Virus record (IMG/VR): IMGVR_UViG_3300033233_000040
Span: 1 to 61,753 of that record
Length of the DNA: 61,753 bases
DNA from: a virus
Taxonomy: Duplodnaviria; Caudoviricetes
Direction: 5' to 3' (one strand)
Under the pieces are notes generated by a model. The model did no database searches. It was given only the letters and a program-made list of their open reading frames with translations, and was not told the origin of the DNA. Both the position numbers and the translations under genes were made by a program. This document shows, piece by piece, positions 26,615 through 34,444 of this stretch; position 1 is the stretch's first letter; each line of letters opens with the position of its first letter.

Positions 26615-26768
26615 GAAGTGCTTGCCCCTCTTTGTCTTTGGCGGGCGGTGATTTTTCGTCAAGTTCTCGCATCAAATATAGGGCTCGATTTGCTTTATGT
26701 CCCTGTCCGTTGGACTTATCGGTTTCAAGCCAGAATTTTAACGTCTCCCATTTTTCCTCCGCTTCCAT
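26463..26768 (-). CDS. Cassette 10 hypothetical protein (reads through its attC)
   Basis: MEAEEKWETL..., GAAAGG SD; IR pair 26608-26628 / 26798-26818. Confidence 0.6.
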   Translation of the reverse strand: MEAEEKWETLKFWLETDKSNGQGHKANRALYLMRELDEKSPPAKDKEGQALRTTRSMASALANAVQDWEENIDYEFSTPQLTDLLERLNIALQPYMRLVAQ

Positions 26769-26811
26769 TTTTGCCTTTCCGCCCGCCTCTTTGTCTTGGG
26801 GCAGGCATTTT

Positions 26812-26899
26812 GCACAACGGGCTGATGCAGGCTGAAGCGCGTAGCGTTTGGGCCGAATGGCGGAATCCCCGCCATGAGCCAGCCTGCATTTTGTTGCAT
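26812..26899 (-). repeat. attC-like site K (near copy of site B)
   Basis: GCACAAC..GCTGATGCAGGCTGAAGCGCGTAGCGTTTGGG...CAGCCTGCATTTTGTTGCAT. Confidence 0.8.
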
Positions 26900-26920
26900 G
26901 AAGTAAAACCCCGCCGTCTT

Positions 26921-27100
26921 TCATATTGTCACCGGCTTTGATTCTGATTGCCAAAAAATTGTATCCCCGTCTTCCATTACAAGATTTCCGTGAGCGACTT
27001 CGCGGCGTAACTGGTCAGCCGCGAGATTGAGAAGCGCGGGAACGCTGTCGATACTCAAAACTTCCACGGTGACGGATAGGGTTATTTTATTTGCTCGCAT
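26921..27100 (-). CDS. Cassette 11 second gene (59 aa)
   Basis: Own translation MRANKITLSVTVEVLSID...; SD AAGGAG. Confidence 0.6.
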   Translation of the reverse strand: MRANKITLSVTVEVLSIDSVPALLNLAADQLRREVAHGNLVMEDGDTIFWQSESKPVTI

Positions 27101-27109
27101 TTTTACTCC

Positions 27110-27277
27110 TTAATCTTTTATGAAATCGGGTATCGGGACGCTGCATTCTCCAGAAACGATTCGGGCGCTTGCGGAATCAATTATGATTTCCGTATGCGGG
27201 TTGTAGTTCTCGTTGATAAATTGAACCAACGGACGGGCCAGAACTTCAAAGGCTTCCCTCTTGTCTTTTGTAATCAT
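27110..27277 (-). CDS. Cassette 11 first gene (55 aa)
   Basis: Own translation MITKDKREAFEVLARPLVQFINENYNPHTEIIID...; IR pair 26893-26916 / 27317-27340. Confidence 0.65.
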   Translation of the reverse strand: MITKDKREAFEVLARPLVQFINENYNPHTEIIIDSASARIVSGECSVPIPDFIKD

Positions 27278-27333
27278 GTTTCCTTTCTTGCGGCCTTGGC
27301 CGCTCCCGCTTCTCTTCGGCGGGGTTTTATTTT

Positions 27334-27350
27334 ATGCAACTCCCTATAAC
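27334..27350 (-). other. Candidate attI-like entry site at the head of the array
   Basis: Minus strand GTTATAG-GGA-GTTGCAT: the core GTT of cassette 11 with no upstream attC palindrome. Confidence 0.4.
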
Positions 27351-27856
27351 GCGCCACCTGATTGCGCCATAGGCCCATTTAGATTGACTCTCGATAGCGG
27401 CCCCGCGACCTTCCCCGCGTTGTCCTTCTGGCGGGTAACAGTCTTGACCTTGCTGATCTGGAGATTGTCGGTTAAGTCCAGGAGTTTCATGGAGTCGCCG
27501 CCGGTCAAATGGTTCCGGGTGGTGCGAAGAAACTCTTCGAACTGCACCAGGGGCATCTTTTGACCGTTCTTGACCAGGAGATAATTGAGTATGGGGGCGA
27601 TGCTCAGTTTGCACGAGGCCACCGCAGCCGAATGCATGGTGGGCTCAAGAGTGTCAAAAGCCCGGCATTGAAGCATGTCAAAGAAGACGAAGACCTTCTT
27701 AACGTCATACGTCAGGTAGTCGATGAAGTCCTGAAGGGAGTCCGTGCTGAAGGTCCCTTTGGTTTCGTCCTTGAGTTCCTGCACGGGATTGCCGAGAAGT
27801 ACCTGGCCGGTCGGCCCCGCGGTTACGTTGATCTGGAGAGCTTTGTCGTTGTCCAT
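27344..27856 (-). CDS. DUF2303/YfdQ-like protein, probably C-terminally truncated
   Basis: SLQDFIDYL, QKMPLVQFEEFL, LLDLTDNLQI; only 170 aa and ends at the array boundary. Confidence 0.5.
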   Translation of the reverse strand: MDNDKALQINVTAGPTGQVLLGNPVQELKDETKGTFSTDSLQDFIDYLTYDVKKVFVFFDMLQCRAFDTLEPTMHSAAVASCKLSIAPILNYLLVKNGQKMPLVQFEEFLRTTRNHLTGGDSMKLLDLTDNLQISKVKTVTRQKDNAGKVAGPLSRVNLNGPMAQSGGAL

Positions 27857-27903
27857 GGGTAGTTTCCTTTCTTTTACCGAAGTTTACTGCGCTTTACCGT
27901 ATT

Positions 27904-28227
27904 TTACCGCTGGTTCCCGGGATGCCCTTCAGGGAAAAGGCTTGTCTGCAGGAGGCCGTCGATGGACTCGCCGTCACCGATGGCGTGGCCGGCCTCGTAT
28001 TCCGTTGTGTACTTGATGGATTTCTTGATCGGCATCGTGTGGGTGAGCGAGAACTGCGTTTTGCCGAAGTTGTCGCCCTCTGGCGGCGGCTCGATGACGA
28101 TCTTCATTGTCATGACAATCGCCTGCTTGCTTTCCATGGCGAGCCCCTGGCACTTTTCAAAAAGCGCCTGTGAATCCTGGGCGAACAAGCCCCGGCCGAC
28201 TTCAAAGAAAAGCTGTTTCCGTTTCAT
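27904..28227 (-). CDS. Conserved phage hypothetical protein (usual partner of DUF2303)
   Basis: SD AAGGAG; gene context. Confidence 0.55.
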   Translation of the reverse strand: MKRKQLFFEVGRGLFAQDSQALFEKCQGLAMESKQAIVMTMKIVIEPPPEGDNFGKTQFSLTHTMPIKKSIKYTTEYEAGHAIGDGESIDGLLQTSLFPEGHPGNQR

Positions 28228-28348
28228 CTGATCTCCTTTTTTATAATTATGGTCAACACCAGCCAGACCAGGGCCGCCGCCAGAAGGAGGCATTTGATTT
28301 CCTTATCGCTCATCATCAGATCCTCGATTTCCTTTCGTCCCGGCAAAG

Positions 28349-28387
28349 AAAAAGGGCAATGCGGTGATGTAGGCACCAACATTGCCC
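28349..28387 (-). terminator. Hairpin plus U-tract (family shared with 18033-18069)
   Basis: Minus strand GGGCAATG-TT-GGTG-CCTACAT-CACC-G-CATTGCCC-TTTTT. Confidence 0.55.
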
Positions 28388-28505
28388 CTTTTCCCGATCA
28401 GCGCGCCCCAAGTGTACAGCCCAAAGCGCGATGACTGCCAAGACTTAAAATGTGATCCATACCGGAAAAGTCCTTGTTTTTTTTGTCCATTCTGCCGTCC
28501 ATTGA

Positions 28506-29429
28506 TTAAGCTGCAATCTTTTCAATCTGGAGTCTGAACGCGCATTTAGCATCCCTTTTTCCCGTCAGTCGGAAATTTCCAACCAAGAGGTTGAGGCAAC
28601 CCTTCTCGTCCGCCGTCGCCTTCGCCCTTTCCCGGATCAAGTCGTACTCCTTGTCGCATTCGAGGGCGGTTTCTTTTTTATCCAGGTACGTTTCCAGTCG
28701 CTTGGCGAATATGGGGTCGTCGCTGATTTTAAGTTCGACCCCGAAATTAATTTCAGGGCAACACGTGAGTTTAAAGGGGCATTCTCGGCATTTTTCCAGA
28801 TCTCCTATTTTGTCGGGCAAGGTTTTTGCCGCGACATGTTTGTTGATTTCTTCGGCTGTTTTAAGACAAGCCTCGGCAAGTTCGTAATCCAGTGACACCT
28901 CAACCTGTTTGAGTTCGCCCGTGCTTTTGTTTTTCAGAATAAAAAGAGCAACGTCGATGTCTTTTGACAGCATATACAGCATGATCTGCGCCATGTACGC
29001 CCTGGTCCATGGCTTCTTCTTGAAGTCCTCGAAAGAGTTCACGCTTGTGAAAATATGCGGGGACATGCTTTTGATTTCGACGGGAACCGCTTTCCCGTCC
29101 ACAACAAGAACGCCGTCCAGGTGTCCCGTGATTTGTTGCGCGGGCAATTCGAAGGCGCTTTGTTGTTCGATGATTTGTATCCCGGCCGCCGCAAGATCCC
29201 GCAGAACAATTTGTTCCTGATTGTTGCCCTCGTCAAAGACGAGCTGAAGCCTCGCGTCCGGCAATTCCTTGTCCTGCCAGTTCGTGCGCTCGTAAACACC
29301 ACGGCGCAAGCATCCTTCCAGAGAGGAAACGAAATACCCCAAACCGGAGGCGCGGTTGGTCTTGCAGGGATAGCGCTTGATTTGGCCGGCCTTAAAGGCC
29401 AGGATGGCGTCAACGAGGTTGATAATCAT
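28506..29429 (-). CDS. Cas4-like PD-(D/E)XK exonuclease
   Basis: CLRR, ITGHLDG..V.....VEIKS, QIMLYM, C-terminal CRECPFKLTC. Confidence 0.8.
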   Translation of the reverse strand: MIINLVDAILAFKAGQIKRYPCKTNRASGLGYFVSSLEGCLRRGVYERTNWQDKELPDARLQLVFDEGNNQEQIVLRDLAAAGIQIIEQQSAFELPAQQITGHLDGVLVVDGKAVPVEIKSMSPHIFTSVNSFEDFKKKPWTRAYMAQIMLYMLSKDIDVALFILKNKSTGELKQVEVSLDYELAEACLKTAEEINKHVAAKTLPDKIGDLEKCRECPFKLTCCPEINFGVELKISDDPIFAKRLETYLDKKETALECDKEYDLIRERAKATADEKGCLNLLVGNFRLTGKRDAKCAFRLQIEKIAA

Positions 29430-30484
29430 TTTGCCTCCTTCATGGTTTTGACGATATATTCGCAAAGAGACTGCGTTTCTGTCTCGTTGCATTCCACGAG
29501 ATCTTTTCCGAGCGTGTCGCGCAAAAAATCGTCGGTGTGCTTGTTGAAGGTTTTGATGTTTCCGTTTTTCTCGGCCCGGGCCTTGTATTCGGAGAACTTA
29601 GTTTTCCATGGCGCGGGCTCGCCTTTCCCGTTCTCCGCGGCGGCTTTGTTGCGCTTGGAAGTCATCTCGTCGTGGTCTTTTTTTACTTTCTCGTAGATGA
29701 TCGGCACCTGCTTTTCGGAAAGCTGCTTTACAGAGTCTTTCCCGGGAATTTTCTTTCCATCGCCGTTTGTCCATGCCGTGTACGCGATGAGGGCTTGTTT
29801 CGCGGCCATTTCAACGCCGCCGCACATATCGAGAATCATATCCATGATGCCCTTGCGCTTTTCGGTCGTCTCGGGCGTATCGCTCCCGGCCTTGTCGTGT
29901 TCAACCTTGGTGCATTTTAATGCGGTGATTTTGCCTTTGGTGATTTCCGCGATCTCCTCCCACGTGAAAGAAAGACCGAGAAGGGATTTGAGGCCTCGAT
30001 TGAAGAAGTTTGTAAGCGCCTTCTTCTTCACGTCTGTCATGTCGATTTCAGACAGAGGCAAGAATGCGCCATGGGCTTTTCCGAAAAATGGGTCACGACT
30101 TGAGCCCGTACCAATCTCGGGGACAAACCGGCCCATATATGTGACGTTTCCAGAGCAGTGGAAAACAATGAACGCTCCTTTTTCGTCTTCGCCGGTTTCG
30201 CGCTCGAACGTCGGAGAGCCGTAAGAGACGCCGAATGTCTGGGCAATCTTACTGGCTCCCGCCCACTCCAAGTAGGGCTTTCCATCCTGGTCGATCCAAT
30301 CCGCAGCGGACGTGACGGTTAGCGCGAGTTCGCGGATCCGGCTGGCGAATTTGACGTACTTCTCTGCCTGGGCCAGCATGGCGTCAAAGTTTTGCCCAGA
30401 AATCACAGCTCCGCCTATGGTCTGAATGGGCTCGGCTACAGGAACGATGTCCGCGCTCTTTTCTTTTCCTTCTCCGTTTGCCAT
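29426..30484 (-). CDS. Probable single-strand annealing/recombination protein
   Basis: KPYLEWAGASKIA, DVKKKALTN; translationally coupled to the exonuclease. Confidence 0.55.
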   Translation of the reverse strand: MANGEGKEKSADIVPVAEPIQTIGGAVISGQNFDAMLAQAEKYVKFASRIRELALTVTSAADWIDQDGKPYLEWAGASKIAQTFGVSYGSPTFERETGEDEKGAFIVFHCSGNVTYMGRFVPEIGTGSSRDPFFGKAHGAFLPLSEIDMTDVKKKALTNFFNRGLKSLLGLSFTWEEIAEITKGKITALKCTKVEHDKAGSDTPETTEKRKGIMDMILDMCGGVEMAAKQALIAYTAWTNGDGKKIPGKDSVKQLSEKQVPIIYEKVKKDHDEMTSKRNKAAAENGKGEPAPWKTKFSEYKARAEKNGNIKTFNKHTDDFLRDTLGKDLVECNETETQSLCEYIVKTMKEAK

Positions 30485-30525
30485 GGTATTTCCTTTCGGT
30501 TTATTTTTCGTCTTTATTCTCAATC

Positions 30526-30819
30526 TCAGTCAGATAGACCTGCATGGGACCGCGCCGGAAACCTACCATGCGGATGCGCTTTGAAGGGGTATTCGGGGGC
30601 GTTGGTTTTTTCTCCGGTCTTTCGCAAATCTTTGCCATTCCTTTCCTCCTGTCGTTGGAAGTCTTCGGCCACCATTTTGACGCTAGAGGGAGTTAAATAT
30701 TTTGCGGCCAGCAAGAAGTCGGTTGGCAATTTATCCTTGAATTGCGATTCAATTTCGGGAGTGACGAGGTAGTCGGTCTTCTTGATGGCCTCGAAAAAAT
30801 CCTTGATTGTGGCGTTCAT
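30526..30819 (-). CDS. Hypothetical protein
   Basis: MNATIKDFF...; operon position. Confidence 0.45.
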   Translation of the reverse strand: MNATIKDFFEAIKKTDYLVTPEIESQFKDKLPTDFLLAAKYLTPSSVKMVAEDFQRQEERNGKDLRKTGEKTNAPEYPFKAHPHGRFPARSHAGLSD

Positions 30820-31133
30820 ACCCCGACCTCTTTGAATTCGACCAGATATTGCTCGCGGCATTCTTCGTGCGTTTTCATCGTGTGGTGCTCGTGCGCGCTT
30901 TTTTGCCAGCATTCAATACAACCTTCCTTGGTGACCGAGACTGGTGCGGCCGTGTGCAGGGAAAGCCAGTTGCAATGCGTGTGCGTGGTCATGCCGCCTC
31001 CCTTTTTGTTTTCAACAGCTTATTTACCCGTTGCCTTACTGAATTTAATTGAGCCTCCAACAGTGAGCGTTCTTCGACAAGACGATTTTCGCGGATCAAT
31101 AATCCGACCAGTTCCGCATCTTGGTGCTGCGTG

Positions 31134-32264
31134 TTAGATTTCACTTTTAACAACCTCCATCTCCCGATAGCGACCGTTTATTTTGTCATAGAAGAAATTG
31201 ACAGATCCCAGGCGTCCACGGATTTTAAATTTTATTTTCTGAATGTGAACGGTAACCGTATCGTTCTGGTTCCTGAACACGCAAAGGCAGTTATCGGCTT
31301 TGTTTCTCCAATGGGCGGACCCGGAAATATCATACGGTGACGGGACCGAGTACTCGCCGCTTTCTTTATCTTTGTATTGCTTGGATGGGTGCGCCACAAT
31401 CCAAAAGGCCACGTTTTGGCGGCGGGCAAAGCGCCGACACTTCATCAAAGACTCCCCGATATAATCCGTCTCACTCTTGCGGTCGGGCCGGTTATGCTCT
31501 ATCTCGTTCCACGGGTCAACGATTATGCCATCGACGCCGTATTCATCAATTGCTTTTTGGGCGAGACCGAGAACAGCATCGAGATGTAGCGCATCTTCCG
31601 CGGGTTCGATGAAAACGAAATGGCCTTGAATCCAACTCATGTAATAAGCCAATTCATCTTTCCGCATCCTCTCGGTCGGCCCCTGGTGGAAAGGTTTACC
31701 GGCCATTTTGGATAAAAGTTTTTCGCAGTGGATGGCGTACGGATAGTTCTCCGGAGAAAACACGGCGAGTTTCCATTTGTAATTTACCGCCATTTCAATC
31801 GCAATGGCGTCAACGAATTCAGACTTCCCGTGCCCAGGAATGCCGCTGACAACCGTCATCTCTTTCTTTGCTACACGGTAGTGCTCGCTGAAGCCGGGCC
31901 ATGACGGGAATGTTTTCCCCTCATCGTACCCGTTGACGTAGAAATCTATCACGGCCTGCGTAAGGCTTAGGGGTTGAATGAGCTTACCTTTTTTTATTCC
32001 GAGTGTGAAAGTTACCGCCTCTTCGTAAACCTGTGCCCATTGTTCCAGGGAGATCATAAAGGGCGGAGCGTTTTCTGAGTCGTCAAGAGCGGATGAAACC
32101 AACCGGATCCGTTCCGCCTTATCTCCGTAGCGCGAATCCAGTAGGATCACAAATTTGTTGACGGCGACCTTCAGGAACGGAAGAATAAATTCAGGCTTAA
32201 ACCCGCCAATAGAATTATCAAGGGCGATGGCCTCGGAAATAATTTGCAGGTTTTTTATATCCAT
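31134..32264 (-). CDS. SF4 replicative helicase (DnaB / T7 gp4 / Twinkle-like)
   Basis: SGIPGHGKSEF, FSPEN, IVDPWN, VAHPSK, ISGSAHWRNKADN. Confidence 0.9.
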   Translation of the reverse strand: MDIKNLQIISEAIALDNSIGGFKPEFILPFLKVAVNKFVILLDSRYGDKAERIRLVSSALDDSENAPPFMISLEQWAQVYEEAVTFTLGIKKGKLIQPLSLTQAVIDFYVNGYDEGKTFPSWPGFSEHYRVAKKEMTVVSGIPGHGKSEFVDAIAIEMAVNYKWKLAVFSPENYPYAIHCEKLLSKMAGKPFHQGPTERMRKDELAYYMSWIQGHFVFIEPAEDALHLDAVLGLAQKAIDEYGVDGIIVDPWNEIEHNRPDRKSETDYIGESLMKCRRFARRQNVAFWIVAHPSKQYKDKESGEYSVPSPYDISGSAHWRNKADNCLCVFRNQNDTVTVHIQKIKFKIRGRLGSVNFFYDKINGRYREMEVVKSEI

Positions 32265-32268
32265 TGGG

Positions 32269-32997
32269 TTAATAATGGGGAAAAAGTGGTGGTTCTTTTT
32301 TGGGATTTGTTGCAGAGGCGGGATCTTCGTCTTCCCATCTGCGGCGCTTTATCCATCGCTCGGGATCGACGATGTATTTCCCGTCCTCTTTGGTCCAATC
32401 CCTAGATTGCTTCTGCCATTCGAGGGTTTTTAGGCATTGAGCGAGGGGGGGGGGTATTTTCTGCCATTCAATCCAAGCCGACCCCTTCCCAACCTTTTTT
32501 GGGTATGCTTCCCAGAACTTTAGAAACTCGGTGGAGTATGTGTGTTCTGTTCTGTGTGTTCTGTGTGTTGTAGAGGGCAGTTTACCGGCACTTTCCCCGC
32601 ACGTATCCGGCAGGGATTCGGCACTTTCCCCGCAGTTTGGCGTTTTTGATTCAATTTCAACCGTTTCAAGCCAATCACAGCCCTCTGAGTTGCACATTAA
32701 GAGTGTTTTTTCAACCAGTTTTTCAGACTGCCGGACAACTGCGGCCAAAGTGCGGGGAGAGTGCGGGGAAAGTGCCGTTTGCCATAATTCGCCGCGATTT
32801 TTTGATTGAGCCGCGGCTTCCAGAATTGCGACGAAACACCCAAAAACAGCTGGTCCCTCCGCTTGCTGCATGAGGTGAACGTACCCGGGGCCGGAAAGTT
32901 TTACTGGAAGGGGTATCCAAGACATGATTTTCATTCCCCTGGTCCTGTTGTTTTCAAAATGCAAAGCCCAATCACGGATGCGGTAGAGAATTGCCAT
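32269..32997 (-). CDS. Replication initiator protein
   Basis: YRIRDW..HFE N-terminus; FLKFWEAYPKKVGK..A...W and P.RWI..RRWEDE C-terminus; internal iterons. Confidence 0.8.
   Translation of the reverse strand: MAILYRIRDWALHFENNRTRGMKIMSWIPLPVKLSGPGYVHLMQQAEGPAVFGCFVAILEAAAQSKNRGELWQTALSPHSPRTLAAVVRQSEKLVEKTLLMCNSEGCDWLETVEIESKTPNCGESAESLPDTCGESAGKLPSTTHRTHRTEHTYSTEFLKFWEAYPKKVGKGSAWIEWQKIPPPLAQCLKTLEWQKQSRDWTKEDGKYIVDPERWIKRRRWEDEDPASATNPKKEPPLFPHY
32586..32777. repeat. Iterons / probable replication origin inside the initiator gene
   Basis: CGGCACTTTCCCCGCA at 32586 and 32619, exact inverted copy at 32762-32777; TGTGTTC repeats at ~32539-32570. Confidence 0.7.
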
Positions 32998-33242
32998 TAA
33001 ACAGCCTTCCCGTTTTCTCTCCCAGTCTGCGGGAGGTTTTCGCTGCCCTGACAGTGGGGGCCGTGTTGAGAAAGGTCGGGTTGTTCGGCCAGTATTTTCT
33101 TGATGCATTCAGCTACCGGAGCCGACAGAGGGTCACCCTTGTGAATGGCGCGGACGTAGCCCATCCCGTAATTCTTGCCCATCCTCCGGTTAACCTCTTC
33201 GGTAAGGGCTCGGTAATTGAACTTTTGCTGAATGAGATTCAT
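32997..33242 (-). CDS. Cro-like regulator, first gene of the leftward operon
   Basis: Short basic helical protein directly downstream of a consensus promoter. Confidence 0.55.
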   Translation of the reverse strand: MNLIQQKFNYRALTEEVNRRMGKNYGMGYVRAIHKGDPLSAPVAECIKKILAEQPDLSQHGPHCQGSENLPQTGRENGKAV

Positions 33243-33243
33243 C

Positions 33244-33273
33244 TTGACACCCGTGTTAAAGGTTTCATATTTT
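33244..33273 (+). promoter_or_regulatory. Rightward promoter (repressor/lysogenic transcript)
   Basis: TTGACA-18 bp-TATTTT. Confidence 0.55.
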
Positions 33274-33301
33274 AGGCCGATGCTGTATTGGCGACAACAT
33301 A

Positions 33302-33330
33302 AATATACTCGATTCTTTCTGAGATGTCAA
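33302..33330 (-). promoter_or_regulatory. Leftward early promoter
   Basis: Minus strand TTGACA-17 bp-TATATT; adjacent palindrome ATTCTCA-N8-TGAGAAT at 33335-33356. Confidence 0.7.
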
Positions 33331-33365
33331 ATAAATTCTCATAATAATCTGAGAATAAAGGATTT

Positions 33366-33539
33366 ATGACTCCCAAAGAAGAGACAAACGCTTTACTTGA
33401 TGAGCTTCTTATTCTTTGTAAGTACAATACTGATACTGATTTACGATTATTTTTGTCTAAAAAACTACGAAAGAAAATAAGTTCTAGTCTTTTCTCTGGA
33501 TGGCGAAAAGAAGGATTAAAAACCTACAACAAGCTCTAA
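33366..33539 (+). CDS. Short CI-like HTH protein (57 aa), possibly a truncated repressor
   Basis: Own translation MTPKEETNALLDELL...TDTDL...ISSSLFSGWRKEG; divergent from the Cro-like gene. Confidence 0.5.
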   Translation: MTPKEETNALLDELLILCKYNTDTDLRLFLSKKLRKKISSSLFSGWRKEGLKTYNKL

Positions 33540-34065
33540 CCTCTCAGGAATATCAGAGATTATTTGTAATCTGCCCAACCCAACGCGTCTGCCGCTCGTG
33601 GTGGGGTGGATCGGGGCTCGGACGAGGCGTTACGGGGCTCAGAACCCAAACCGATTATAGCGCCTCCTGCGCAGCCGGGCGTAATGGAGCGTATAGAGGT
33701 GTTAATGGGTAGGATAGAGCCGGCCCTGATCCGCGTGGAGCGATTATTGAAAACCCCAGGGATCGAGCATGCGTGCGAGGAATTGGATTCTATAGGCGCA
33801 CTTGAAGTGTTACAACGGCACCAGTCACAGGACGCCAATGGCGGGCAAACGCCCAAAAACAGCCAAGGAAAACGAGGCGTAGCGTGATGCGCGGGTCAAG
33901 GTGCTGCACGTTCTCGTTATCGGCAGTGGCAACGCAAAACGTCAACAGTATTGAGTTGGTGCGGGTTAACAAATAGGCGCGGAAAATAGGTGTGTTTTTG
34001 TAGAACGAGAATATGTGTTGCAATTTGTGAAGAAATGGGTTAGGTTTGGAGAAAGAGAGGCAAAC

Positions 34066-34443
34066 ATGAAATCTTTTGTTACGGCATGCTTATTGGTTTT
34101 CGTTATTCTTCTGTTTGTCCCGTCCCAAGGGGAAAATCGGTATAATTATTATGCCGAATATCTTACATGGATGACGAGGGTTTGGAATAGTTATGCAATA
34201 AAAGACTATCAAAAGGTTTACAAAAATCAATATCCAACACCTTACGACTCTACCGGAGCGTATAGACCTTTTCTAAAAACAGAAATGGCGAACTATGTCA
34301 AAATGGCTTATGATGAGACCGGGATAACTCCTGAATATCGCAGAGCTCTTGACGTGACGTTCAATAAATTTTATTTCTTAAACGAAGACGGAACCTTTAA
34401 GGGGTTAGAGCCGGGCGAATTAATGTCAATTCTCGGGAGGTAA
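34066..34443 (+). CDS. Exported hypothetical protein (low-GC moron)
   Basis: MKSFVTACLLVFVILLFVPSQG signal peptide; SD GAGG. Confidence 0.65.
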   Translation: MKSFVTACLLVFVILLFVPSQGENRYNYYAEYLTWMTRVWNSYAIKDYQKVYKNQYPTPYDSTGAYRPFLKTEMANYVKMAYDETGITPEYRRALDVTFNKFYFLNEDGTFKGLEPGELMSILGR

Positions 34444-34444
34444 A

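Larger units (their letters stand above)
22220..27350 (-). mobile_element. Integron-like gene cassette array (11 cassettes, 10 full attC-like sites; CALIN-like)
   Basis: Regular alternation of 1-2 small genes with 82-174 bp AAC...GTT palindromic sites; each cassette bounded by its own 20-25 bp inverted repeat. Confidence 0.85.

Noticed and set aside
22255-27340. MITEs or IS elements (terminal IRs around genes)
   Set aside because: No transposase and no target-site duplications seen; all IRs end in the same AAC/GTT core and abut attC-like arms.
22220-27350. CRISPR array or toxin-antitoxin RNA repeats
   Set aside because: Repeats are diverse, long and palindromic and separate whole genes; there is no constant repeat-spacer period.
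28506-29429. Cas4 as part of a CRISPR-Cas system
   Set aside because: No other cas genes or array; it is paired with an annealing protein as a normal phage recombination module.
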